Positions 1 to 8,615 of a stretch of DNA of 40,825 nucleotides are shown here, in pieces. Under the pieces are notes generated by a model. That model did no database searches. It was not told the DNA's origin and saw nothing but the letters and a program-made list of their open reading frames with translations. This DNA is from Escherichia phage vB_EcoS_fKuEco01, in the sequence record MT711525.1; one strand, 5' to 3'. Numbering within the stretch: position 1 is the stretch's first letter; the number at the start of each line of letters is the position of its first letter. The translations under genes and the position numbers were made by a program.

Positions 1-1251
1 ATGAGTATTCAGCTATCCGCACCGCAGGCACTGTTCCTGAATTGCGATAACAAATACAAAGCCTATGTCGGCGGCTTCGGCAGCGGAAAGACATTTGTTG
101 GCTGCCTTGACCTGCTTACGTTTATGCTCAAGCATCCAGGTACGCGCCTGGGTTACTTCGGCCCGACATACCCGGCTATCCGTGACATCTTCTACCCGAC
201 ATTTGAGGAAGCCGCTAACCTGCTCGGCCTCGATGTGCTGGTTAAATCTGGCGACAAAGAAGTCGTGGTTACTCGCGGTAAGACGGTGCTAGGTACAGTT
301 ATCTGCCGTTCTATGGATAACCCAGGCTCGATAGTCGGCTTCAAAATCGCCGCGGCGGTCGTGGATGAGCTTGATGTATTGAGCCGTGAGAAAGCTGAGC
401 TGGCGTGGAACAAAATTGTCGCCCGTATGCGTCTTGTTATTCCTGGTGTAATTAACCACATCTCTGTCACCACGACACCGGAAGGGTTCAAGTTCGTCTA
501 CGCCAAGTTCAAAGAGAACCCGACGCCGAGTTACTCGATGGTGCAGGCTTCTACACACGAGAACGCGCGATTCCTGCCGCCTGACTACATTAGCTCACTG
601 ACCGAGACTTACCCCGCGCAACTGATTAACGCGTACCTGAACGGTGAGTTCGTTAACCTGACATCCGGCAGCGTGTATTATGCGTATGACCGTCGCAAGC
701 ACCGCAGCAAAGAGACAATTCAACCGGGCGATACACTGTACATCGGGCAGGACTTCAACGTTACGAAGAACGCCAGCGCCGTGTATGTGCAACGTAAAGA
801 CGGCTGGCACGCGGTGGCAGAACTGAAAGGTCTGTTTGATACGCCGGACACCGTGCGTGTAATTACTGAGAAGTGGAAGTCGCAGGGCCACCGCATAGTC
901 GTTTACCCGGACGCCAGCGGCAAGAACCGCAAGACCAACTCGGCGTCAATCTCAGATATTGCGTTACTCCAGCAGGCCGGTTTCGATGTTCGCGCTAAAT
1001 CCGCCAACCCTCCGGTTAAAGACCGTGTTTTAGCCGTGAATACCGCACTGGAAAAAGGTAAGCTGTGGGTTAATGACCACTTATGCCCCGAGATAGCGAA
1101 GACGCTGGAGCAGCAGGCATACGATGATAACGGAGAGCCAGCTAAAGACGGCATCATTGACCATATGGCGGATGCTCTCGGCTATCCTGTAGTTTACGAG
1201 ATGCCGGTGGTTAAACCAGTAATCAACATCCCGGTGACTTTCGCACTTTAA
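1..1251 (+). CDS. terL: terminase large subunit
   Basis: 416-aa ORF with N-terminal Walker A (GGFGSGKT); lies immediately upstream of the portal gene. Confidence 0.85.
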   Translation: MSIQLSAPQALFLNCDNKYKAYVGGFGSGKTFVGCLDLLTFMLKHPGTRLGYFGPTYPAIRDIFYPTFEEAANLLGLDVLVKSGDKEVVVTRGKTVLGTVICRSMDNPGSIVGFKIAAAVVDELDVLSREKAELAWNKIVARMRLVIPGVINHISVTTTPEGFKFVYAKFKENPTPSYSMVQASTHENARFLPPDYISSLTETYPAQLINAYLNGEFVNLTSGSVYYAYDRRKHRSKETIQPGDTLYIGQDFNVTKNASAVYVQRKDGWHAVAELKGLFDTPDTVRVITEKWKSQGHRIVVYPDASGKNRKTNSASISDIALLQQAGFDVRAKSANPPVKDRVLAVNTALEKGKLWVNDHLCPEIAKTLEQQAYDDNGEPAKDGIIDHMADALGYPVVYEMPVVKPVINIPVTFAL

Positions 1252-1262
1252 GAGGACAACAA

Positions 1263-2756
1263 ATGGTTTCCGCAAACATTAACGCAGGGCAAGGGCAGAA
1301 CGTTAAAACCCGCCACCGCCAGTACGAAGAGTATTTCCCTAAGTGGCAGAAGGTGCGACATGCGCTTTCTGGCGACCTGACATCGTATCTACGTGACGTC
1401 AGTAAGAACGAGCCGGACCCGGTTTACGGTCGCCAGCGTCAGGCTGAATACGAAGCGGGGGCAATTTGCTACAACTTCACCAAGCGAACGCTTTCAGGCA
1501 TGGTCGGCAGCGTAATGCGCAAAGACCCCGAGATGATTATTCCGTCTCAGATGGAATACCTGACCACTAACTGTGACGGGTCGGGCGTTGGCCTGTGGCA
1601 GCACGCACAGGATACTCTGTATGAGATTGATGCTGTTGGTCGCGGTGGCTTGCTGGTTGACGCCCCCGCGGTAGAAGTAGCTACCATGGCAGAGCAAAAC
1701 GAGGGTTTACTAAATCCAACAATCGCTTTCTACACCGCAGAGAATATCATCAACTGGCGTCTCCAGCGCGTCGGGTCTGTTAATCGTGTGGTTATGGTTG
1801 TATTGCGTGAGGAATACGAGTACACCGATGGCGCGGATGAGTTCAGCCCCAACTACGGCGAGCAATACCGCGTCCTTGATATTTTCGAAGGCCAGTATCG
1901 CCAGCGTCTGTACCGCTTTAACCAGAAAGGTGCACTGATGGAAGGTGGCTATATCGAAATATTCCCGAAACTCGGTAATATTCCGGTCGGGGTGATTCCG
2001 TTCACGTTCATCGGCGCGGGAAATAACGACTCAACCCCTGACGATGCACCTTTGCTGCCGTTGGCTGAACTTAATATCGGGCACTTCCGCAACAGCGCGG
2101 ACAATGAGGAGTCCAGCTTCGTCGTAGGCCAGCCTACTCTGTTCATCGCCCCCGGTGAGAACATGAGCATGGGACAATGGAAAGAAGCCAACCCTCACGG
2201 AGTGCGTATGGGGTCACGTTCTGGCCATAACATCGGTTACGGCGGCAATGCGTTTCTGGTCCAGGCCAGTGAGAACAACCTAGCCAAGCAGAACATGTTG
2301 GATAAAGAGAACCAGGCAATCCAGATTGGTGCACAGCTTATTACCCCGACGCAGCAAATCACCGCGGAATCGGCACGCCTGCAACGCGGCGCTGATACGT
2401 CCGTTATGGCAACAATCGCACGTAACGTAAGCATGGCGTATACCGATGCGTTGCGCTGGGTCGCGGGTATGCTTGGGATTAGCGACAGCACTGAAATTGA
2501 GTTCAAACTGAACATGGAGTTCTTCCTGCAACCAATGACCGCTCAGGACCGCGCGCAGTGGATGGCGGATATTAACGCGGGCCTGTTACCGGCTACCGCT
2601 TACTATGCTGCGTTGCGTAAGGCGGGGGTAACTGACTGGACAGACGAGGACATTCAGAACGCTATCGAGGATGCGCCTCTGCCATTAGGTGCTGTTGCTC
2701 AGGTGGCTGGGGAGATTCCGCAGTCGGCGCAGCAAAAAGACCCCACCCAGCAGTAA
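1263..2756 (+). CDS. portal protein
   Basis: 497-aa ORF directly after terL with AAGAGG ribosome-binding site; size and position typical of portal. Confidence 0.75.
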   Translation: MVSANINAGQGQNVKTRHRQYEEYFPKWQKVRHALSGDLTSYLRDVSKNEPDPVYGRQRQAEYEAGAICYNFTKRTLSGMVGSVMRKDPEMIIPSQMEYLTTNCDGSGVGLWQHAQDTLYEIDAVGRGGLLVDAPAVEVATMAEQNEGLLNPTIAFYTAENIINWRLQRVGSVNRVVMVVLREEYEYTDGADEFSPNYGEQYRVLDIFEGQYRQRLYRFNQKGALMEGGYIEIFPKLGNIPVGVIPFTFIGAGNNDSTPDDAPLLPLAELNIGHFRNSADNEESSFVVGQPTLFIAPGENMSMGQWKEANPHGVRMGSRSGHNIGYGGNAFLVQASENNLAKQNMLDKENQAIQIGAQLITPTQQITAESARLQRGADTSVMATIARNVSMAYTDALRWVAGMLGISDSTEIEFKLNMEFFLQPMTAQDRAQWMADINAGLLPATAYYAALRKAGVTDWTDEDIQNAIEDAPLPLGAVAQVAGEIPQSAQQKDPTQQ

Positions 2757-2766
2757 GTTCACATAT

Positions 2767-2788
2767 AGCCCCGAAAGGGGCTTTCTTA
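2767..2788 (+). terminator. GC-rich hairpin (GCCCC-GAAA-GGGGC) with U-rich tail after portal
   Basis: agccccgaaaggggct followed by ttcttat; same hairpin sequence recurs at 4335-4356. Confidence 0.5.
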
Positions 2789-2792
2789 TAGT

Positions 2793-3869
2793 ATGCTATT
2801 AACTTTAGCGCCACAGGGTTTATCTATGAGCTTACTTACATCACTAATCAGCCACCAGATATGGCTGCAACGCACCGCATCCGGTGAGGTGAAAGACCTC
2901 GCGCCGTTCATTAAGGAGATGCGGGACGAAATCAAACGGCAGGTGCTGCTATTCGGCGACGACGGTCGCAGCACTGCGCGACTGAATAAACTGTTACGTG
3001 ACCTTGAAGAAGTACTGACAGGACTTACTGGTGACTGGCAAACAAAGCTGGCAGAAGACCTCAAGGAACTGGCGGTGTATGAAGCTGAGTGGAACGTAAA
3101 GACCCTGTCCGCCAACGTAGATGCGGAATTTGTTACGCCCACCGCCGAACAGGTGTGGGCCGCTGCTGAGTTTCAGCCATTATCATTGAGTGGCAAGCCA
3201 GTTGATTTCACTAAACTGATGTCAGGTTGGGGTGAAACGGAAGTAGCACGTCTTGTAACCGGCGTTAAGATGGGCTTTGTACAAGGTCAAACAACACGGC
3301 AGATTGTTAAGAATGTAGTAGGCGCCGGTGGGCTGGCTGACATCTCTGAGCGTAACGCCGCTACCGTCATCCGCACCGCGCTGTCTCACGTGTCCAACGA
3401 AGCCCGTAACGAGACGTACCGCCAGAACGACGACATCATCGAGAAGTACGAGTGGGTGTCAACGCTTGACAGCCGCACCAGTACGATTTGCAGGGTAAGA
3501 GACGGGATGACGTGGGAAATTGGTAAGGGGCCGATGCCCCCTGCCCATCCGAACTGCCGGTCGTGCACGGCTCCGGTAATCAGTTCCGAGTTCGACTTCC
3601 TCGATAAAGGCGCAAAACGCGCGGCTAAAGGCGCGGAAGGTGGCACTCAGGTAAGCGTAGACACCACTTACTACGAGTTCCTTAAACAACAACCGGCGTG
3701 GTTTCAGGACCAGGCGCTCGGCCCGGTGCGAGGTAAGATTTTCCGTAACAGCGGTATACCGCCGGAAGAGTTTCGCGTAATATCTGTAGATGGTTTCGGG
3801 AATCCGCTCACGCTTAAGCAGATGGCGGAACTCGATAAACGTGTTGCTGATTATCTGAAAGGGGAATAA
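2793..3869 (+). CDS. head morphogenesis protein (Mu gpF / SPP1 gp7-like)
   Basis: 358-aa ORF; C-terminal AHPNCRSCT motif typical of the Mu-F family; alternative in-frame start at 2826. Confidence 0.7.
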   Translation: MLLTLAPQGLSMSLLTSLISHQIWLQRTASGEVKDLAPFIKEMRDEIKRQVLLFGDDGRSTARLNKLLRDLEEVLTGLTGDWQTKLAEDLKELAVYEAEWNVKTLSANVDAEFVTPTAEQVWAAAEFQPLSLSGKPVDFTKLMSGWGETEVARLVTGVKMGFVQGQTTRQIVKNVVGAGGLADISERNAATVIRTALSHVSNEARNETYRQNDDIIEKYEWVSTLDSRTSTICRVRDGMTWEIGKGPMPPAHPNCRSCTAPVISSEFDFLDKGAKRAAKGAEGGTQVSVDTTYYEFLKQQPAWFQDQALGPVRGKIFRNSGIPPEEFRVISVDGFGNPLTLKQMAELDKRVADYLKGE

Positions 3870-4330
3870 TGATGGGCTTTTTCAAAGTAACTGACGTACC
3901 GTCTCGTCGCGTAGTCCAGTACGCCCGCGTGTCTGGCTCTGGCGAGAACGTGGTGTTTATTGAAGACGAAAGTGTACTCGGAACACCAGTGGACGATATG
4001 CCGTTTGCGGACAAGACCGGTATTGCGCTGCCAGCGGCAGGTATGCTTTATGAGATTCAGTACCTGGCGGATGCTGGTGATGTGTATTTCTCCGTACAAC
4101 CGCAGGACGCTGAACTGGCAGACGGCAGCGCAAATATCGCTGTCGAAGTTAAGGCGGGCAAAGCACCATATGCGCTGACCTGGTACAAAGACGGGAAGGA
4201 AGTGGTAAACGCCCCGGAAGAGGCTCTGTCTCTGACGGTTAACGCAGTTGGTGAATACTTCGTTAAAGTCACTGATGCCGACGGTATAGAGGCCGTAAGT
4301 AAAGCAGCGAAGGTTACTAAGCCAGAATAA
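3869..4330 (+). CDS. hypothetical virion-associated protein, possible Ig-like domain
   Basis: 153-aa ORF, start overlaps upstream stop (TAATG); beta-rich C-terminal segment. Confidence 0.45.
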   Translation: MMGFFKVTDVPSRRVVQYARVSGSGENVVFIEDESVLGTPVDDMPFADKTGIALPAAGMLYEIQYLADAGDVYFSVQPQDAELADGSANIAVEVKAGKAPYALTWYKDGKEVVNAPEEALSLTVNAVGEYFVKVTDADGIEAVSKAAKVTKPE

Positions 4331-4334
4331 ACTG

Positions 4335-4356
4335 AAGCCCCGAAAGGGGCTTTTTA
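4335..4356 (+). terminator. rho-independent terminator
   Basis: agccccgaaaggggc hairpin followed by TTTTT. Confidence 0.7.
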
Positions 4357-4405
4357 GTGCCTGTGATTATTCCAGTTATTCCACTCAATTGTAAATGTTG
4401 GAATA

Positions 4406-4421
4406 AACTATTCGAATAGTT
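4406..4421. promoter_or_regulatory. perfect 16-bp palindrome AACTATTCGAATAGTT (operator-like), overlapping the -35 of the downstream promoter
   Basis: exact reverse-complement symmetry read from the sequence; flanked by TTATTCC/GGAATAA repeats at 4367-4406. Confidence 0.55.
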
Positions 4422-4448
4422 GACTTTTCACCAAAAATGTGCTAAGCT
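4420..4448 (+). promoter_or_regulatory. sigma70-type promoter (TTGACT-17 bp-TGcTAAGCT)
   Basis: -35 TTGACT at 4420-4425, 17-bp spacer, extended -10 TGc-TAAGCT at 4443-4448. Confidence 0.6.
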
Positions 4449-4451
4449 CCA

Positions 4452-4562
4452 CCTGAGCTTGTGAAGTATGAACAAGCGACCGCGGCGCGGGCAGGTAACG
4501 GAGCGGGACGTAAGTCCTGAGTGTAGTTACGCTGACGCGTTCGGAAGGGCCATACTCTATTG
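4452..4562 (+). ncRNA. conserved promoter-proximal RNA element, copy 1 (function unknown; candidate cis-acting leader or small RNA)
   Basis: two conserved blocks identical or near-identical to 34316-34428, separated by a divergent ~35-nt centre; 1-nt indel between copies breaks any shared reading frame. Confidence 0.5.
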
Positions 4563-4628
4563 CTTGTGTAAAAAGTAACTGGTTTACTGAGATTACGCCG
4601 TTTCTATGTTTAAATGATAAGGACTAGC

Positions 4629-4655
4629 GCCCCGCTTTAAGGCGGGGCTTTACTT
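4629..4655 (+). terminator. terminator-like hairpin (GCCCCGC-N6-GCGGGGC) with TTTACTT tail
   Basis: 7-bp GC stem followed by a U-rich tract, between the RNA element and Rz. Confidence 0.45.
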
Positions 4656-4672
4656 ATCGAGAAAGGGGAAAC

Positions 4673-5059
4673 ATGAATCTTAAAGCAACTGTCGTAGCGG
4701 GAGCATGTTTCATCATCCTGGCTTACGCACACGGCATCTACCAGTATCGCAGCGGCTGGAACGGAGGCCGGGCGAATCTCGTTTCGCAGCAACAGCAGAA
4801 AGCACAGGCTGAGTTAGCTAAGAAAACACAACGGCAGCAGCAGGATGAATCGAAGGCCGCCGCCGCTGATAACGAAGGCAAGACGAAATCAGAGGTAATC
4901 ACCCGTGAAGTCGTTAAGTACATTAAAACGCCTGGCCGCAGCGTGTGCACTTTTGACCCTGAGCGCGTGCAGCTCAAGTCCCGCGCCGTCGCAAACGCCA
5001 ATTCCATCCCCGGATACGACGATGATGCAGCCGCCGTGCAAACTGGCACTGCCAAGTAA
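4673..5059 (+). CDS. Rz: i-spanin (Rz-like)
   Basis: 128 aa; N-terminal transmembrane helix then a charged, Gln/Ala-rich periplasmic domain; overlaps Rz1 in the +1 frame. Confidence 0.6.
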   Translation: MNLKATVVAGACFIILAYAHGIYQYRSGWNGGRANLVSQQQQKAQAELAKKTQRQQQDESKAAAADNEGKTKSEVITREVVKYIKTPGRSVCTFDPERVQLKSRAVANANSIPGYDDDAAAVQTGTAK

Positions 5060-5168
5060 CGACGCGGACGAGGATTTAGCTATTGACGTCCAGAACGCAG
5101 AATGTGTACGGCAACTGAGACTTAAAGTGTTCATGTTGCAGGATTACGTGAGGAATATTCTGGAATAG
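4905..5168 (+). CDS. Rz1: o-spanin (Rz1-like lipoprotein)
   Basis: 87 aa; signal peptide with lipobox LTLSAC; Pro-rich mature part; starts inside Rz in the +1 frame. Confidence 0.6.
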   Translation: MKSLSTLKRLAAACALLTLSACSSSPAPSQTPIPSPDTTMMQPPCKLALPSNDADEDLAIDVQNAECVRQLRLKVFMLQDYVRNILE

Positions 5169-5247
5169 TTGCCTTGTATGTTGGAATAATTTATTCTTGA
5201 CATGTAAATCCGGGTGGCCCGGATTCCAACGTCCAGGGGACCTACTG

Positions 5248-5874
5248 ATGAGCGAAGAAGTGAAAGACGAAACTATCGAACAACAAGAGACTAAGACCAC
5301 GTTTACCAAAGAAGAAGTTGACGCGCTGGTATCCGGTCTTAAAGCTAACAACGAGAAACTCTTGTCTGAAAAGAAAGCTGCCGCCGCTGCCGCGAAAGAA
5401 GCCGCAGATGCGAAGCTGAAAGCCGAACAGGAACGCGCAAAACAGAACGGCGAACTTGAGGCATTCGAGAAAACGTTGCGCAGTCAGTATGAGCCAGTAC
5501 TCGCCGAGAAAGACGGTAAGATTAGCAAAATGGCTGAGCGTATCCTCGGCGCAGAACGTAAATCAGTTATCAGCCAGTTGTCTGGCATGTTGATTGATGA
5601 GAGCGCAGCGGATATTATCGCTATGATGGTCAAGACCGAATTTGACGGCGATGACGTTGTGACCAAGTTCACAGGTGCGGACGGTAATGTCATCACCACC
5701 GACGCAGAGCAATTTAAAAAGTATCTGCGTGAGCACAAAGCATTCTCACATCTGATTAAAGCAGATGCAGCAACCGGCGGCGGGGCTTCCGGTAACAAAA
5801 ATTCTACTGGCGGGGCCGGTGGTACGGACGTAATTCAACAAAAACTTAACGCCAAATACGGCAAACGAGGATAA
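5248..5874 (+). CDS. scaffolding protein
   Basis: acidic, Ala/Lys/Glu-rich coiled-coil protein directly upstream of major capsid gene; ATG at 5248 preceded by CAGGGGA; track ORF starts at TTG 5197. Confidence 0.6.
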   Translation: MSEEVKDETIEQQETKTTFTKEEVDALVSGLKANNEKLLSEKKAAAAAAKEAADAKLKAEQERAKQNGELEAFEKTLRSQYEPVLAEKDGKISKMAERILGAERKSVISQLSGMLIDESAADIIAMMVKTEFDGDDVVTKFTGADGNVITTDAEQFKKYLREHKAFSHLIKADAATGGGASGNKNSTGGAGGTDVIQQKLNAKYGKRG

Positions 5875-5880
5875 GAGATT

Positions 5881-6849
5881 ATGGCTCTGTCAGATATGAA
5901 GGTTTATAACGACGATATCGTCGGTACCACTATCGAACTGCTTGGTCAGAAAACTGACCAGTTTAACGCGGCCTCCGGTGGTGCAATTGTACTGTCTACT
6001 GCCTCATGGCGCGGTGATTTCTCCCGTGAGTCTTTCTTTAACCAGATTGCCTCCGCTAAACGCCGCGTTGACCGTTACGCCGCTATCGCGTCTCAGGCAG
6101 CTACCGCGCTGACTCAGGGCGAGCATGTAGGCGTTAAAGTCGCTGGCGGCTTCGGACCGGTACTGTTCGAGCCTGCGCAAATGACCTGGCTGAACGAAGA
6201 CCCGGCAAGCGCGATTCGTGCTATTTCCGAAGGCTTCTCTGACGCACTGTTAGCGGACCAGCTCAACACCGCTGTTGGTGCCGCCGTTGCCGCGGTATCG
6301 GGTCAGACTGCACTGGTTAACGATGTATCCGCGACCGCTGGCTTGTCCCTGAACGTGCTGAACAACAGCCACGCTAAATTCGGCGACCAGTCTCAGTTGT
6401 TGGTCACTGACATCATGACCGGTGCTGCTTATCACACGCTGGTAGATAAAGCGCTGACTAACGCAAACCAGCTGTTCGTTGCCGGTAACGTTATGGTTGT
6501 CGATGTTCTCGGCAAGCGTTACGTAATTTCCGACATCCCTGCGCTGTACGAAGCTGGCACCCCGAACAAGACTAAGGTTCTGTCCGTAGTTGCGAACGGC
6601 ATCATCGTTGATAATGCTTCTGACATTATCAGCAACATTGACACCAGCAACGGTAACACCCGCATCCAGACCACCTGGCAGGCGGACTACAGCTTCGGCC
6701 TGAAACTGAAAGGCTACAGCTGGGACGTTACCAACGGCGGTAAATCTCCGCTGGACGCAGAACTGTTCACCGCGACTAACTGGGACAAAGCTGTTGCCGA
6801 GAACAAGCACACCCTCGGTACTCTGGCAATCGCCGACGCAGACCTGTAA
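5881..6849 (+). CDS. major capsid protein
   Basis: 322-aa ORF after scaffold, followed by a strong terminator; position typical. Confidence 0.75.
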   Translation: MALSDMKVYNDDIVGTTIELLGQKTDQFNAASGGAIVLSTASWRGDFSRESFFNQIASAKRRVDRYAAIASQAATALTQGEHVGVKVAGGFGPVLFEPAQMTWLNEDPASAIRAISEGFSDALLADQLNTAVGAAVAAVSGQTALVNDVSATAGLSLNVLNNSHAKFGDQSQLLVTDIMTGAAYHTLVDKALTNANQLFVAGNVMVVDVLGKRYVISDIPALYEAGTPNKTKVLSVVANGIIVDNASDIISNIDTSNGNTRIQTTWQADYSFGLKLKGYSWDVTNGGKSPLDAELFTATNWDKAVAENKHTLGTLAIADADL

Positions 6850-6867
6850 CACGGTTAGTAGTAAAAA

Positions 6868-6892
6868 CAAAGGGGCTTCGGCCCCTTTTTAC
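6868..6892 (+). terminator. rho-independent terminator after capsid gene
   Basis: aaaggggcttcggcccc hairpin followed by TTTTT. Confidence 0.75.
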
Positions 6893-6906
6893 TAGGAGAA
6901 ATTAAA

Positions 6907-7074
6907 GTGGAAATTAAATACGTACCAATGCCAATTACCATCGAGCAGAAGCGCGAGTATAACCGTCAGGGGTTCCGTGTGGTAGATGCTCGTTTCGCAC
7001 CAGAAGGCACCGTGGTAGAATCGGCTAAAGAAGAGACACCACGCCGCCAGCGCCGGGCGAAATCAGAGGAATAA
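6907..7074 (+). CDS. small hypothetical protein
   Basis: GTG start 9 nt after AGGAG, or ATG at 6928; about 55 aa; below the ORF-track length cutoff. Confidence 0.3.
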   Translation: MEIKYVPMPITIEQKREYNRQGFRVVDARFAPEGTVVESAKEETPRRQRRAKSEE

Positions 7075-7077
7075 TTT

Positions 7078-7590
7078 ATGCCGCTAATCGTGGAAGACGG
7101 GTCGATAGTACCTAACGCTGACAGTTACGTTAGTCTGGCTGACGCCCGCGCGTTAGCGGCTAATTACGGTCTTGGGTTACCGGCAGACGATACCGCCGCA
7201 GAGGTGGCCCTGCGCAACGGCGCTACTTATGTTGGGCTTGCGGAACCTCAGATGTGCGGGCGTCGCGTATCCGCTGAACAGTCTCTGGCGTACCCACGTA
7301 CAGGAACAACACTAAACGGCTTCACCGTAGCGGATAATGTTATCCCGTCGCAGTTAATCCGGGCACAAGTAATCGCTGCGATTACGTATGGTGCGGGTAC
7401 TGATGTTCGGGCTAACTCAGATGGGCGTTCCGTGCAGACTGAGCGTGTTGAGGGTGCGGTAACAGTGACATACTTCAACAACGGCAACAGTGGCGCCACA
7501 ACCGCTATTACCGCTGCGGACGACGCATTACGCCCGTTACTGTGTGGTGGTCTTAACAATGGCTTCTCGTTTAATGTGTACCGGGGTTAA
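7078..7590 (+). CDS. hypothetical head-tail region protein
   Basis: 170-aa ORF with RBS; position between capsid and tail genes. Confidence 0.5.
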   Translation: MPLIVEDGSIVPNADSYVSLADARALAANYGLGLPADDTAAEVALRNGATYVGLAEPQMCGRRVSAEQSLAYPRTGTTLNGFTVADNVIPSQLIRAQVIAAITYGAGTDVRANSDGRSVQTERVEGAVTVTYFNNGNSGATTAITAADDALRPLLCGGLNNGFSFNVYRG

Positions 7591-7592
7591 AA

Positions 7593-7769
7593 ATGGCGAA
7601 GACTAAATCTGAGATATTTACCCTTATAGGGCAGGAGTTACCCGACAACACGACGGGGCTTATCACTCCGGCCAAGCCGCGCGGCGTATATCCGCAAGTT
7701 GCTACCGTAACCGCATGGGGTACAGCACCATCCGCATTACTGGTTATTTCGAGACTGGAGGCCGCCTGA
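7593..7769 (+). CDS. hypothetical protein
   Basis: 58-aa ORF starting 3 nt after the upstream stop. Confidence 0.35.
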   Translation: MAKTKSEIFTLIGQELPDNTTGLITPAKPRGVYPQVATVTAWGTAPSALLVISRLEAA

Positions 7770-7863
7770 TGAATAAGTTCACATGTGGTGTAGTTTTTGG
7801 TTTTCTTACCGCGGTAGTCTTGCACAGTTACGGTGTTCTTTTGACGCTGCAAGAGGTGCTAAA

Positions 7864-8223
7864 ATGAGCACCGCTTTCAGTAAACGTATGCAAGGCGTGG
7901 GTACGCACCTGCTAACCAAATTCGGTAGCACGGTATCTCTGATTCGCGCTGGTTCAAAAGTATGGGATGAAGTTCTCGGTGAGTACGTCTGGTCTGCGGA
8001 TGAAGTGTTGCCGTTGAAGGCCGTTCCGGTTCCGGTAAACGCGGGACTGGTAAACGGTACGACGATTCAGGCTGGCGACATGATTGTTAAAGCCGATTAC
8101 AGCGTCGTTCCGAAGATGGAAGACAAGGTGCAATTCGGCGGCGAGCAATGGTCCATCGTAGCTATTGAGAAGAAGATGGTTAACGATGACGTCGTGGCGT
8201 ACTTTATTCAGGTGAGAAAATGA
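7864..8223 (+). CDS. hypothetical head-tail protein
   Basis: ATG at 7864 preceded by AAGAGGTG; track ORF 7783-8223 has a longer unsupported N-terminus. Confidence 0.5.
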   Translation: MSTAFSKRMQGVGTHLLTKFGSTVSLIRAGSKVWDEVLGEYVWSADEVLPLKAVPVPVNAGLVNGTTIQAGDMIVKADYSVVPKMEDKVQFGGEQWSIVAIEKKMVNDDVVAYFIQVRK

Positions 8224-8615
8224 GTTTCGCGCTCGATGTCTCTAAGTTCGTGGAAAAGGCGAAGAAGAACCCTGAGAAGGTGATGCGTCAGGTGTCTATC
8301 AAGCTGTTTTCCGCTATTATAAAGGCGAGTCCGGTAGACACGGGCCGCTTTCGTATGAACTGGATGGCATCTGGCGGTACTCCTGCTTCCGGGATTACGG
8401 ACGCTAAGGATAAATCAGGAAACACAGCAACCGGAAACGCTACGAGTTTCGTGCTGAAAGCCGCTGACTGGCATGAGTTCACGCTGACAAATAATCTGCC
8501 GTATGCGCAACGGCTGGAGTATGGTTGGTCGCAACAGGCGCCAGCCGGGGTTGTAAGGACTAATGTGTCTCGCTTCCAGCAACTCATTAACGAAGAAGCC
8601 AACAAGGTGAAATGA
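8220..8615 (+). CDS. hypothetical head-tail joining / tail completion protein
   Basis: 131-aa ORF translationally coupled to both neighbours (ATGA overlaps). Confidence 0.5.
   Translation: MSFALDVSKFVEKAKKNPEKVMRQVSIKLFSAIIKASPVDTGRFRMNWMASGGTPASGITDAKDKSGNTATGNATSFVLKAADWHEFTLTNNLPYAQRLEYGWSQQAPAGVVRTNVSRFQQLINEEANKVK

Noticed and set aside
4452-4562. Short peptide (MNKRPRRGQVTERDV) potentially encoded by the conserved RNA element
   Set aside because: The two copies differ by a 1-nt indel and a replaced central segment, so no peptide is conserved; conservation is at nucleotide level.
6250-6870. 206-aa minus-strand ORF antisense to the major capsid gene
   Set aside because: Lies entirely within a well-supported plus-strand structural gene, has no RBS or promoter context, and is typical of a GC-rich shadow ORF.
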